Counted from the first letter of the whole stretch, positions 11,606-25,394 are shown. The stretch is 63,868 nt of DNA, filler included, from Chiloscyllium plagiosum (GCF_004010195.1; 5 parts of one record of this genome joined end to end with filler, not necessarily neighbours in it); one strand, 5' to 3'. Notes: generated from the letters alone by a model not told the origin. Program-made: numbers and translations.

Positions 11606-13884
11606 CAATTTCCAAAGAAGGATGATAAAGATGCTCAAACAACATGGAGTGCCATACATTGGGAACTGAACAATAATGCATAGTGCACAAGTTCCTTGAC
11701 ACTGAAACTGCAAAGGACTGGCATCACTGACACTACAGAGCTTTTAATCATGGTCAGGGAAAAAAAAACCAGAGGGAAACACATTCACTTCAAATACATT
11801 GTGGAAAAGAAACGATTTAGATTATTACCTTAAATGGATTGAGTTAAAGTAACAAATTGGAGGTGTGACACCAGGGAGATGCCCTCAGCAGAATGAGAAT
11901 ATGAAAATGGATGTGTTACTGCATCAGAAACCAGGTTAGGTCACTGAATATAGGGCTGATGCCAAGATCGGAATCACGTGCACCTAAACCTGTTGACAAC
12001 CCATTAAAGCGACCACACTTGACTAGTTGCATTCCAAACAGCAGAATTAACTTCTGATGGAGCGGGGGAAATGATCCCAAGACTAACAGATCGGATCTAA
12101 GCTCTGTCGTCCTGCTAAATCGAAGCATAAATGTCGGTGGACTATTAAACAATTTACTGGAGGAGAGGACTCCACCAATATCCTCATCCTAAATATCAGA
12201 ACAGCTCTGTACACCAGTGAAAAAAGTCAAGTGTGTGATGTCTGCACTGTCCTCAGCCAGAGATGTTGAATGGATGATCCAACTCACACTCATCATGATG
12301 CCCACAGACTCACAGATGCCCCTCAACCAAAGATATGATGTGTATTGGGACTAGTTTGATGTCAAATCTCGATCCTTGTTCTATCCTCTAAGCCTTACAT
12401 TAAAAAAAACAGGGTTTTATTCTTCCTCACTGTTTCCTGCCAGCTCTCCCATTCAAAAACCATGACCATATATTAGCCCCAGTCCCACAGGATTCGAATT
12501 TGCACAAAAGGCTTGGGGCTTTATCAAAAATCTTTCTGAGATGTCAATCGTATTGCATTGATACCTTCTCCATAATTTTGCTAAAGCCACATTCCCAAAT
12601 GTGATTCCCAATTCATAAATCTCTGTTGACTTTGTCTATGCCCATTCATTTCAGTCCAATATTTTTTCTCTAAAACTGTTTAGTTGCTAATTTAGTTGCT
12701 ATTTCCTTTTTCTCACCACACTGAAGTTCTCTCGTATTTCTAGGAAGTTTTCTTTGTTTTTTTTTCCTTCTGTGAAGGCATAACTGAAGTATTTATTCCA
12801 TAGTTCTGCTATTTCCCTGTCCTCAATTATCTGGTATCACACTGTTTGAAAGCTGCAACTTTTTCTCTTAATTTTGCCATTGACATATTTTCAGAAGATA
12901 TTACAAGTTCACACTTATGTACTTTGATAAGGTATTCTTCAGAAACCCATCAATTCCTATCTTAAGCTACTCGATGATTGACCTCCCACATCCATACAAT
13001 AACAGAAGCACAGTCTCTGTTCCATCAGAAATACAGCACGGTCTACATTAGGCCCATTTTCCGACACAAGACCCGTAGCTGTGAATCTTATGGCATTTCA
13101 ACTGCACAAGCATGTATTTTCTAAAGGTTTTGCGGTTACCATGACAACTCCCTTTCAAGAAATGCATTCCAGACCCCAACACACTCTGGATGAAAAACAG
13201 TCCTCAAATCCTCACTCACCCTCAAACCCTTCACTTTAAAAGTGTGACCATTTGACTAAAAGGAACAGCTCCTCTCTATCCACCCTGTCCATGTCCCTCG
13301 TAATCTTATCCTTCTGATTCACGGACCCCTCAGCCTTCTCTGCTCCAAAGTAAACAACCCGAGCTTATCCAGCCTCTCTCCATAGCTGTTATACTCCATT
13401 CCAGGGTACCTCCTGGTGAATCTCCTCTGCACCCCCTCCAGTACAATCACATCCTTCCTGTATTGTGGCTCCCATAACTACACACAGTAGTGTAGTTGGC
13501 CTAAACAAAGCTCCGCATAGCTCTTATAATCGATGCTTCAGTGTATAAAGGCTGTGTTTACGCTCCCCTATGCTTTCCCAAATTGTGCAATAACCTGTTC
13601 AGTCACATTCAGGGATGTGTGGAGAAGTACCCCCTGAGCTTCCTAGTGTGCTGTCATTCATTGAGTCCTCACCAGTCTGGTTCCTTCTTGCAAAGTGCAT
13701 CACCTCATATTTATCAGGGTTACATTCCATCTGCCATTGATCCATCCATCTGACCATTCCATCCGTATCTTCCTCTTCACTCTCAACCACCTGGCCAATC
13801 TTCGTATCAATCACAAACTGTCTTGTGACACCCCCCACCCCTCATCCATATTCACAGCTGCATCATTTATGATACGGATAAATT

Positions 13885-14078
13885 TATCACAAAACATCAG
13901 CTTGTAGTCCAACAGGTTTATTTGGAGGCACGAGCTTTCAAAGCGCTGCATCTTCACCAAGGGGTCGTGCGCTTTGATTAAACGCTTCGAAAGCTCGTGC
14001 CGCCGAATAAACCTCGACTATAACCTGGTGTTCTGCAATTATTAGCTTTGTCCACCACAGTCCAACACCAACATCTCC
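13885..14078. mobile_element. PLE terminal-repeat inverted pair, second family
   Basis: agtccaacaggtttatttggaggcacgagctttc ... cgaaagctcgtgccgccgaataaacct...actataacctggtgtt; the hammerhead core is decayed. Confidence 0.7.
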
Positions 14079-15759
14079 GAATCAGAAATAATAAGAGACA
14101 GAGCACTGATCCCTGTGGTACACCATTGGACACTAGCCTCCAATCACACAAACAGCCTTCTATCACCACCCTCTGTCTCCTACCACTAAAGTTGATTTAG
14201 GTGCAACTTCGTAAGTCCTACCTGTTCCCTGATTATTCTGTTCCGCTGGAGACACTTGTAGAATATCTGGACATTCTCCCTAAGCTTGCCTGCCAGTAGT
14301 TTTCCATGCCCCCGTGTTAGTCAGTCCCCTCCAAGTGATGAATTTCCTTCTTATTTCAGTCTTAACTGGCCTGTACCAGATCCGGTGATAATTTGCCTTG
14401 AATGTGGAATAGACAGCGAGGGACGTGTTCTGTTATTTTCCAACTTGTCAGATGTTTTGTGAATTTTCTAAACTTCACTGTGACCCAACTTTTAATCTCT
14501 AGAGAACACAGGCCGAGTTTCCTCATCAGGCAATCTCACCCTCTGAGGGATTAATCTGAAGAATGTCCATTGCACTTTCTCTGTGGTCAGTATATTCTTT
14601 CTGAGATTCGGTCAACAAAACCGCACACAATACTCCAGGTACAGTCCCACCAACACGCTGTGAAACTGCTTCAACATGTCTTTACATCAATGTCCTGACT
14701 CTCTTAAATAAAGGCAAACCAAACTTTAACTTCCCACTTACAGATATTCCTCCAAATACCCTTCACATTCATTGCACTTACAAACTCACTGAGTTCGCAT
14801 AGAAACCCTTCCGAAAATCCAATATATACCACTTCCACTGGCTCCTCATTATCTATTCTGTAAGAAACAACTTCAAACAATTCCAAAGTTTATCAAGTAT
14901 GATTTCTCTGTCAGAAATGCATGCTGATTATCTCCATTGTTGCTGTTAATTTCGAGATATCAAAAACGTCATCCTATGCAATGGATTCTAACAGTTTCTC
15001 TACAGATGTCAAGTTAATTCATCTGCAGTTCTCACACTATGTCTGTTTCCCTTTGTAGCTGTTTGGATCCCTTCCATTCATCGATAGTGCTTGGATCACG
15101 TTTATTCACAATAGTTTCTGGTCTCTACAGAATGTACAGGAAAATAAAACACAGTCATCGACAATGCAATTGTCCCTACTATTGGTGATTTATTTCTGGC
15201 ATTTTGATTGGAAGTACATCTGTTTCGTCAGACTTAGCAATGCTCAATCCAGCTACATGTTCAAGTACTACCTTATTACTGATATGAATTGACTTTATGT
15301 CTTTAGCTGCAGAAGTCCAACATGATCACTCGGTATTACTGGGGGATTTTCTGGATCTTCCTCCATGAAGACAGATGCAAAGTAACTGTTTCTTTTCTTG
15401 GTAATTTCCCTGTTCTCAACAATGACCTCGCCTCTCTCAATTACAAATTTCCACATTTGACCTTGCTTTTATTTTGTTTCCTTTGAAATATAGATCGTAG
15501 ACTGATGCAGTCTTTGTGTTCCTGTTTGTTAGCATGTATGTTCTCTTTTTGATTTCTTTATCAGTTTCATGGCCTTCCTTTCCTGGATCGTTCATTTCTG
15601 AGAATTCTCAGCTTTCTAGAATATCTGGAATTCTTCTGAAGTCACTTCCTATGATTAATATATTTTCTAATTTGTTATGTTAATTATTATTGAGTCACTT
15701 TCTCACTCTTTTGTGTTTGTACCTGAAACAAATAGACGCATTTTTCAGACTTTGCAGTA

Positions 15760-17445
15760 TTTCTAAAACTCCTAGTCCCGACCAGATACATTCTGGAACA
15801 CTGCAGGAGGATAGAAGGACAGAGAAGAAATTGCGGGAGCTCTGCTTGGTTCTTTTCCATCATTGCTGGCCAACAATTGAGGTCCTGGACGACTGGAGGG
15901 TAGAGTATGCTGAGCCCATATTCAAGAATGGCTGCAATGATACACACCTGGGAACTGAAGACCAGTAAACCTAAAATCAAGTGGGTAGGTTACTTGAAAA
16001 GATTCACAGAGATTGAATATACCTGCATTTGGAAAGACAGCGTGTGGTTCGGAGTAAGATTAGAATGGTTCTGGAAAAGCAGAGCAGGTCAGGCAACATC
16101 CGAGGAGCAGGAAAATCGATGTTTCGGCAAAAGCCCTTCATCAAATTCAGCACGGCTTTGTGCATGGGAGATCATGACTCGTAAATGTGTTGGAGTTCTT
16201 TGATGAAGTGACCAGCATTGTTGATGAGGGAAGGGTGGTATATATGGATTCCAGTAGTCTATATGGATTCCAGTAAGGCCTTCAGTAAGGTTCCACATTT
16301 TCTGCTGCTCTGGAAGGTTAGATCACATGGAATTGAGAGGAAGCTGGCAAATTAGGTACAAAATTGGCTTGATGGTAGGAAGCAGAGGGTAATACTGGAA
16401 GTATGCTGGTCAGACTGGAGGCCTGTGACTAGTGGAATGCCTCAGGAGTTGGTGCTGGGACCACTGCATATTACATAAACCTGTGATTTAGACGAAAATG
16501 TGCAGACATGATTTATAAGTTTGAAGACGACACTAAAATAGGCGGCATCACGGAGATTGAGGAAGGTTATCATAAATTTCAGAAATTACAGAAGTACTTT
16601 GATCAGCTGGGGAAGTCGCCTGAGAATTTGCAAACGGATTTTAATATTGATCAGTGTAAGTTCTTGCATTTTAGAAAGTCAAATCAAGTTTGGAGTTTCA
16701 TGGCGAATGGTTGGGTCCTAAGGAGTGTCGTGGAACAGAGGGACCTTGGAATTCAAGTGTATGGTTCTCTGAAAGTTGATTCAGAGGTATACAGTGCAGT
16801 GGAGAAAGCTTTTGGTGCACTGGCTTTAATCAGTGTATTTCACTGAGTATCGAAATTAGGGAGTTATGTTGCAGTTATACAGGACGCTACTGAGGCCATA
16901 TTGATAGCGTTATGTTCAGTTTTGTTCACTTTGCTTTAGGAAGGATGTTTTTAAACTGGAAAGAATGCAGAAAAAATTATAAGGATGTTGCCAAGGATTC
17001 AATGGACTGAGTTATAGGGAGAGGTTGGACAAACTAGGACTTTTTACTTTTGTGTTGAGACTGAGGGAGGATCATATTGAAGTCTGTAAGATCATGACAG
17101 GCATGGATAGAGTGAATGTACCCAGTCTTTTTTCCCAGGGTTGGGCAGTCACAAACTAGAGAGCATCAGTTTAAAGTCAGAGGAGAAAGAATAAAAGGGA
17201 ACCTGAGGAACAACCTTTGTACACATAGGGGCTGGTACACATATGGAATGAACTAGCAGGGGAAGTGATTGAGGCGGATACATTAACAACCTTTAAAAGG
17301 CATTTGGACAATGCACGGATAGGAAAGGATTAGAAGGATACAGGGCAATGGCAGGGAAATGTCGTTAGCATGGATGGACATTTTTGTCAGAATGGACAGT
17401 TTAGACTGAAGGGCCTGTCTCCATGCTGTCGGACTCTATGACACG
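15760..17445 (+). mobile_element. CR1/HER1-type LINE 3' half (RT pseudogene) with a nested PLE terminus at ~16050-16145
   Basis: Motifs GMPQELVLGPL and KFEDDTKIGG (ORF 16508-16846), with frameshifts and stops. 3' UTR gaagggcctgtctccatgctg. Confidence 0.9.
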
Positions 17446-18589
17446 AACAACCATTGCTTGTCTCCCGCTGAATTTTATATTGTACTTTCCCAATTTACTG
17501 GAGCGGTCTTGACCCTTTAGCCTCCAGTCTTCCATGATGTTAAACTAGAAAGTTCAAGCATTCTATATCGTACGCATATGCCGCACCTTATTAATGTTAT
17601 TATTCCTTAAAGCTGCTTCAGTACAATGTTATTAATTCGTCATTCTGACCACACAATACCAAATCCAAAATAACCTGCTCTCTAGTTTGCTTCACAACAT
17701 ACTCTTCAACAGAATTTATTTTTCACAACATGAACAGTCACATAGTTAATGCAGTTTAGATACAACTTGAGACCATCCAATAAGATTGCAGTATCCACAA
17801 TACTTGCCTATCCAATTTTCGGAGCATATGATGCTGAGATTTTCTGCTAGCGTTTTGGTTTTGATATATAACACAGCAATATTTGCTTCTCCTTGCTATC
17901 TGTAAGCTCTACCAAAACTGATTCTGTGGAAGCCGAGGGAAAGGTCTGTGTTGTTATTCGTGACAGATTTGGACAAGATATTCGGGGAGCCTCACCTCAA
18001 CGCTGAGATGATCTGAAGAAATGTCCTTCAAGACAGGATAAGCATCGATATTATCCCCGCTCTGTCAGGATGAGTTACCGTATACTCTCTGCTCGCTCAC
18101 ACTCACTGTATATCTGTTATAGCACCTACCCCCGAACAAGGTTCACGCTCTATTTCCAGATAAGGCTCAGGCACGATCGCTCTCACTATTAAATTCAGTC
18201 TTCCTCACTTTCTCTGTCACCTACGCAATGCCCCCCACACTAATAATACTATATGGATTCAAAACTGTCGACTGACTCATTCCAGACACAATTCCCCCCA
18301 ACTACACCAGCACTAACAGCAGGGTCACCAATTCCCACTCTCCCTCCCACCCTCCCTTTCTCCCATTCCAGGAGGAAGAGCGTGGAATAGGACAGAAAGG
18401 CAAAGCCGGGTGGTGAAGTGCTCGATATCCTCTCCCTCACCCCATCCCCATGGCAAATGCTGGTAGGACGCTGGTACAAGCCTCGTGAGGAGATTCTGAA
18501 ACATCCAAGTCCCACGACCGATTAAGGAGCAATGTTCAGTGAAAGACAATTCTCTCTTTAAACCCACTGGCAGTTCCAACGACATCCAA

Positions 18590-18915
18590 ATAAAAAGACA
18601 TGGATATCTCACTGCACAGAGACGTAGACACAGAAATACACAGAAGTATTGGTAAACACCCCAACATACGAACACACTCAATACTTACAAGGAGATAGGC
18701 ATACACACAGGTAGAAACACACAGAGGCATATACAGTCACATACGAATAGACACAAACACAGTTAAGAAACACAGGCTGATACACAGACAGACTGACATA
18801 GATACACAAACACACAGATAACAAGGACATGGACACATACGTATAAATATAAACACACAAACATACACACACACACACACAGACATACATAGACAGACAC
18901 GCAGGAACAGAAACT
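18590..18915. repeat. CA-rich low-complexity tract
   Basis: Degenerate (CA)n/(CAGA)n run. Confidence 0.85.
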
Positions 18916-19489
18916 AGTGTCATTAAGATGCAAATCGATATGTTTTGGATGTGTAAGGGGATCAAGGGTTCTACGGAGAAGGTAGAAGAATGAGGTTGAG
19001 GTACATATAAGAAATTATTGAACAGAATTGTAGACTCGACGGGCCGAATGGCCTCATTCTGCACCTTGCTTTAATGTTCTTGTGGTGTTATGCTATCAGG
19101 TATTCTCTTCCTGAGACAGCAGCAGAGGCATATTTGATTGGAAAGGGTCAGCGGCAATGTTTGAAGTCTGGAATGCTTTATGTTTATTCTTAATTATTCT
19201 GTCCTTATGTCTGAAAAGAAGTGGTGATTTGATGTTAGGTTAACACCGTTTAAAATAACAGGTCCCACAATGAAATAAGGGCGTCCCTTTCACTTTAGTG
19301 TTGTTCTATCTGTGGTGTCCTCATCGTCAGGGAGCAGTGAAGACTCAGTTATTGAAGATATTCAATGCTGAGCTTGACTGATCTTTGCTGGACAGGAGAG
19401 TCAATGTTTATTGGGAACAGACAGGAGGCGGATAGTCAGACACAATCGGATCAGCCATGAGCATTCTAAATGCTGCAGACGAATGGCCA

Positions 19490-19730
19490 ACTGCTGCCCC
19501 TATCCCATGCGCTGTGCCCTCAATCCACCCTTGAGTCTATTACAGAGATGTACTGCTGCCCCTACCCCATGTGCTGTTCCCTCAATCCAGCCCTCGAGGC
19601 TGTTACAGAGATATACTGCTGCCCTTATCCCATGTGTTGTTCCCTCAATCCACCTCGAGGCTGTTACAGAGATATACTGCTGCACCTATCCCATGTGTTT
19701 TTGCTCAATCCACCCCTAGATGCTGTTACA
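19490..19730. repeat. 63-bp minisatellite, ~3.8 units (paralog of 6192-6621)
   Basis: ctgctgc recurs at ~19491, 19553, 19616 and 19677. Confidence 0.92.
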
Positions 19731-21591
19731 AGGGAGGAGACCACCCCTTTCAGTCAGGCAGGATCATTACAATGAGACTGGAGAAGACCATTCATCCCCT
19801 CGAAGGAGTTACACAGGAATAGAGAATGAAGTAATTCAGCTCGATGAGTACATTACACAGCCTAGGAGGAGACCATTCAACCCACCATATGTGCTACACA
19901 GGAACGGAGAAGATATCGCTAACAGGAAATAGAGAGTAGAGGTAAATGTTTATTTTCAGGTTGCAAAGCTGTAACTAATGTAGTGCTGTAGAGATCACTG
20001 TGGGATCATCAATGACAAATAATCTGAATCAAAGATCTGGAGGAAGGGAACTGGATGGCGCGAAGCTCAATTAGCGCATCACCAAGATGATCGTTCAAGA
20101 TGTCGCCAAATGGAGGTACTGAGTCTGCAATGTGATACAGACAGGAAGTTTAGTGAGCAAACCTTCAAGAGAAATAACATAAGGTGAATTGTCTACTGTG
20201 GCAGGAAGGATAAAACAATGGCGAACAATTTAAATAGAGAGAGATTGCAGAACTTGATACAGGCCGTTTCCACTTTCCTGGGACATGAATTATATGAAGT
20301 CAGTCTGCAGATGCAGCAAATGATTTGGAAGGTAAGTAGAATGATGTTGTTTCTGGCAAAGGTTATCACGTTTAATGAGGAATATTTTACTGCATCTGAA
20401 CGGGGCATTGCTGAGACTACATCGGATACACTGTGTGCAGTTTTGATCGCCTAAACTTAAAAAAAAGATATAATTCTTTCAGAAGATTTTCATAGATGTT
20501 TCCCTTCACACATTCCTGGAAGGAAGGCCTTTTGTTATGGGGGATTATCAGTTTTGATCTGAGATGAGAAATCTTCTGGAACCATCCATGACTTTCTGAA
20601 AAGTGTTTCAGCTGGATGCATGTTTCCTCTTGTTAAGGAGATTAAAGTTAGAGAACAGTTTGAAGAATAAGATGTATTTATATCAATACATGTATTATAT
20701 AGACATCAACCGATATTTACAAATTACACAGATGCATATAAACATGTCATCAGATGATAAAGCAGGGACTTTTTTTTCTATTGAAAGGCATTGTGTACAA
20801 CAACAGGAATGATGCACCTTCATATTGACCATTATCATGCATTCCAGAGAATGCTCCAGGAGAGCACACATGGCCCAGTTTGATGTTCAGTTGACATTAT
20901 TGTATGGTTCAACACAGAGAGGGAGAAAAATGTTCCCTGCCTGAGAAGCAGCAGCTGATTGATCACTCTCTCTTACTTTGTCCACCCGATAGCAAAAGAT
21001 GAGACCATAAAATCCCTGAGTTATCTTCACCACTTGTGAAGCATTCCTAGTGAGGACTCATTGGAATCTCTCCACTGCTGGAAGCAAAGGAAGTTCAGCC
21101 AAATCCAACTGTTCCACAAATAAATCCCATTATCAGCAGCTTGTGTGAGCAGAATAATTTCAAAGGCAGAAGGACATTTGGGACAATATATCTTTTACCA
21201 TTTGTTGTGAGTTCAACTTCCTGAATTTCACATTTTTTCTCAAGAATGACACAGTCTGAGTCCTATACAATTGGCCATAACACTAAACTGGCTACATTTA
21301 AAATTTGTTGTAACCAGTGGAGGAGTGGGACTGGAAAAGGACACAGTGGCCCTGTAACATTTATCGGAACACGAATGAGAAATTCTTATTGGACTGTTCA
21401 AGTGGGAATTCCTTTTACCAAACGTTCATGGTGCCTGGATGTTTGCATTTGTTCAAAGTTGTGCTGTATTCAAACATTAGACAGACAAGTTCATGTAGGA
21501 AAATTTTATGCAGACGAAAACTGCTGCTGAAACCACAATTAGAGCAGCTACAATCTTGTCACTGTGGAGCAGTGACAACGTATCTAATTGT

Positions 21592-21912
21592 GGGCGGCAC
21601 GGTGGCCCAGTGGTTAGCACTGCTGCCTCACAGCGCCTGTAGACCCGGGTTCAATTCCCGACTCAGGCGACTGACTGTGTGGAGTTTGCACATTCTCCCC
21701 GTGTCTGCGTGGGTTTCCTCCGGGTGCTCCGGTTTCCTCCCACAATTCAAAAGATGTGCGGGTCAGGTGAATTGGCCATGCTAAATTGCCCGTAGTGATA
21801 GGTTAAAGGAGTAAAGGTAGGGGTATGGGTGGGTTGCGCTTCGGCGGGTCGGTGTGGACTTGTTGGGCCGAAGGGCCTGTTTCCACACTGCAAGTAATCT
21901 AATCTAATCTAA
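21592..21912 (+). mobile_element. Young full-length HE1/V-type SINE
   Basis: tRNA-like head with A box (tggcccagtgg) and B box (ggttcaattcc), V-domain, LINE-like 3' end and (ATCTA)n tail. Absent from the left arm at ~4335. Confidence 0.95.
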
Positions 21913-22353
21913 GACCCACTCCTGCTCCTCAGTCCTATGTCCTATGTTCAATTCAGCCCCTCAAACCTCCTGCACTGGTGCTGACGGGGATATCTTGCTC
22001 CAAATACCTGGTCCACAGTAACACAGGATCTCATTCATTCCCTCCAGGCTGTTGTGCGAGATATGCGGCTGTCCAGCCCCATCTCCGGCACTTTTATTTC
22101 CCTTCCCAGGAACAAAGACACGGAGGAGTCTGTCCAAAACTTTTCATTCAACTTTGCAAAGTCGGGTGCAATGCCTCGTGGGTATACACATTAATAATAA
22201 TCTCCACACATTATATACACGTAAATGTGGGCTGGGTCTCCTACTGCTGCTATACCATACCATTCTGTCCTATATCTATCACCCTTCAATTTAAAGCTGT
22301 GTCCTCTCATGCTAATTATCACCTCTGATTGTCTTATATGTGTCAATTAAGTC

Positions 22354-22535
22354 ACTTTATTGCTGCAACAGCACAGCAGGTCAGGCAGCATGCAGGGCAC
22401 AGGAGATTCGACGTTTCGGGCACAGGCCCTTCTTCAGGAATCAGGCCCTTCCTGAAGAAGGGCCTGTGCCCGGAACGTCGAATCTCCTGTTCCCTGGATG
22501 CTGCCTGACCTGCTGTGCTGTTCCAGCAATAAAGT
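22354..22535. mobile_element. Palindromic PLE terminal-repeat pair (long hairpin)
   Basis: actttattgctg...aggaa / ttcctgaag...cagcaataaagt form near-perfect ~85-bp inverted arms. Confidence 0.9.
22405..22442 (-). ncRNA. Minimal type I hammerhead ribozyme motif
   Basis: Minus strand reads gattc-CTGAAGA-a-gggc(ctgt)gccc-GAAA-CGTC-gaatc: perfect 5-bp stem I, 4-bp stem II, GUC cleavage triplet. Confidence 0.75.
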
Positions 22536-24502
22536 TTCAACTTCCCCACTGTTTTCCTTATTTGGGTTCTGGTGCCTGCGATTATTTTGTTACTCACTTG
22601 GCCAATCAGTGTTCGAGTTCCCCGTTCTTTCCTTAAATGGATGATGTTGTACAACTGTGGTTAAGGGCGGTCTCTCAGCTATCGAGGAAAGCTGTTACAA
22701 TTGTTTCATTCATAAAAACATGGGGGAGGTCCGGCACCGGTTTCGAGTGTCTGCTTGTGTTTACTATAAGGCGCTTGTGTTTACTATAAGGTAGAAAAGA
22801 CTAAAATGCAGCTAACCGTTTAAAAATTACACTACCCCCTACACTGTCACACATAGTTTAGTGTGGGTTGGAAAGTGTTACTTCAAAACCCAGGCTGGGT
22901 TCGAAAGACAACTCTGGTCTCTTTACAGAGTGTCTCCTCTGTGCAACTTGTGCTTCATTTGTTGGTCATGTTATAGACATAAAGTACAGGATCAGGTCTT
23001 TCAGATAATCAAGACATTGTATACGATCATGGGCGATCTACTGTTCGTATTAACTCATCTTTCATGTCCAATTCTTCACACCATTTCAGCTCTCTGACAG
23101 ATCAAAAATCCGTCTACCACCTTTTTAAATACTTTCAATGAGGGTAGGTCCCTTAGCTCTCGAGACAAGGTAAATCCTGACATTCACTACCCTCTGTGAA
23201 AGGAAAACACTCCCCACACAGACACCGTCACCTATTGAAATGAACAAGAGGGGATCGCAGGGGCTCAACAAAGAGTGAATAGTCTTGATATCAAGGCAGT
23301 ATTTGACTGAGAATGTCATCGGAAGCGCCATCTTATTTGAGCTTAATGGGAATCAGGTGTCCCCTCCCGGGGTCTTTCAGAGCACAAAGGAAAATGCCTG
23401 TGGGTGGGGGCCGAAAATCTTCTCAGTCCCAGGACATCTCTTCAGGAGATCCTCAGGATAGCTTCCTCAGCACAAACATCTTCAGCTGCTTCATCACTGT
23501 CTTTCCCCATCATAAGACCGGAGGTGGGGATGGTCACTGAGGGTTACACAACGTTCAGAATATTTTGTCTCCCATCAGCTCCTGATGCAGCCTGTGTAAG
23601 ACCCGGACAGCATTCAAGCTTGTGCTGTTAAAGTGTCAGTAACATTCATGTAACAGTGCTGTCAGACACAGTTAAAAGAGGAGCTCATTCAACATCTTAA
23701 GCTGGTTCCATACAGAAATGTGGAAACCATTCAGCCCATCGAAACTACTGAACAAGAAGAAGGACAGCCCATTCAATACTCTTGCTTGTTCCACAAGAAG
23801 AGAAGGGGTCTGGTCAGTACATTGAGCTGTGAAACAGGATCAGGTTGAGCCCAATCAGACCCTTGAACCTGTTCCATGGGATTTGGAGGAGGCCATTCAG
23901 CCCCATTGGAAAGTTATACATGAACAGGAGGGTGTCACTGATGCTCCAATATGACAAACCAATGGAGGTTCCTCGTGGGCCATTGCCGGTGGAACGTCTG
24001 CTACTTTAAAGTGGTTTGCTGGCAGTGAGGATGGAAGCCAGATGTTTTGCATCAAGTCTCAAAGAGGCATCTTCCATCTCTGAGTAGAATGAAGGTATTG
24101 TGGATGCTTTCAGGTGCTTGGATAACGTGATGTTCAGTGTAACATCACACACCAAATGCACGATATTCAAAGTCTGACTCGCTCTCTCACTCTCTCTCTC
24201 TCCATTGATATCGGGAGTGGAGGTGGGGTGAGGGGAACGTCCTTAGAGGCTCTTGTAACTCGAGTAGAAACAAGCCATGGATTTTATCAACGTATCAATG
24301 TCTGTTTAGAACATCATGAGAGACTGTCCATTCCCCTTAAGTTTGAATGCAATCATCTTTTATTCTCTCAAAGCGCTAAAGATTAATCTTCATTCACCCC
24401 TCATGTTACCACCATACTTAATGATGATGGTTTCACTTCAATGCCACCAATTTCCTTCATATTAACAGATTGTTATTCTGTGGCTCTAGATCATGAGTCA
24501 AT

Positions 24503-24627
24503 GCTCCCACTCATACTATGGGATAACACATTGAACTGAATCCTTAATTAATAAAAGAGGCAAGCCCTCCAGTGACACATTTACGATCCATGGAGACTGA
24601 CATTAATCACAGTCACTGAACAAACAG
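24503..24627 (-). promoter_or_regulatory. Paralog of the GPCR upstream element (mirror of 1566-1690)
   Basis: Reverse complement aligns with 1566-1690 and 40192-40317. Confidence 0.6.
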
Positions 24628-24839
24628 CTGCAGCCAACGCCTTTCAATTCAATACTGTTTTATTAAAATTTAAAATAATGATTAACATTAACACAGTCTG
24701 GATTGGATATGCGTGGGTGACTGAGGGAACGAATGTTGAGTCTGCTAGATTAATTGTGTGTAACCATTCAGTCTGAATTGGATATGGAAGTAATGCCATA
24801 AGTTTATAGGAACACCAACATGCTTCTCTGCTAATAAAT

Positions 24840-25240
24840 AGAACATAGAACATAGAACAATACAGCTCAGAACAGGCCCTTCGGCCCACGATGTTGTGCC
24901 GACCATTTGTCCTAGCTTAAGCACCCATCCATGTACCTATCCAATTGCCGCTTAAAGGTCACCAATGATTCTGACTCTACCACTCCCACAGGCAGCGCAT
25001 TCCATGCCACCACCACTCTCTGGGTAAAGAACCCACCCCTGACATCTCCCCTATACCTTGCACCCTTCACCTTAAATTTATGTCCCCTTGTAACACTCTG
25101 TTGTACCCGGGGAAAATGTTTCTGGCTGTCTACTCTATCTATTCCTCTGATCATCTTATAAACTTCTATCAAGTCACCTCTCATCCTTCGCTGTTCCAAC
25201 GAGAAAAGGCCTAGCACTCTCAACCTATCCTCGTACGACC
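24840..25240 (-). mobile_element. Young 5'-truncated HER1/CR1 LINE
   Basis: Open C-terminus SYEDRLRVLGLFSLEQRRMRGDLIEVYK...FFTQRVVVAWNALP, a (TTCTATG)n tail and a taaat target duplication. Absent from the left arm at ~1357. Confidence 0.95.
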
Positions 25241-25394
25241 TAAATGGAAACATAGACCCTGTGACTACTGCTGAGGCATGACAATATCACTAAGAGATTG
25301 AGAGAACTTTTATAGACCGTGATCTGGAGAGAATATATACTTAAGACAGCGCGGGGTTATAACAGACATGTGGGGTTAGCAGAGAATTGTACCT

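Larger units (their letters stand above)
12380..17950. repeat. Old paralogous block A (direct copy at ~54980-60240; partial copy at ~46540-49270)
   Basis: Shared diagnostic strings: tgtttcctgccagct (~12431/55029), agaaatacag.ac..tcta.a.tag (~13027/46943/55619) and gaagtacatct (15211/49023/58338). Confidence 0.75.

Noticed and set aside
16110..16148. Additional hammerhead-like motifs (also ~11330, ~37310-37345, ~45095, ~59345, ~61690)
   Set aside because: Core or stem I mutated (e.g. TTGATGA, GTGATGA, unpaired stem I), so unlikely to be active.
21592..21670. tRNA-like sequences at the heads of the SINEs (also 30375, 42691, 59532)
   Set aside because: They continue into a V-domain and LINE-like tail, so they are SINEs rather than tRNA genes.
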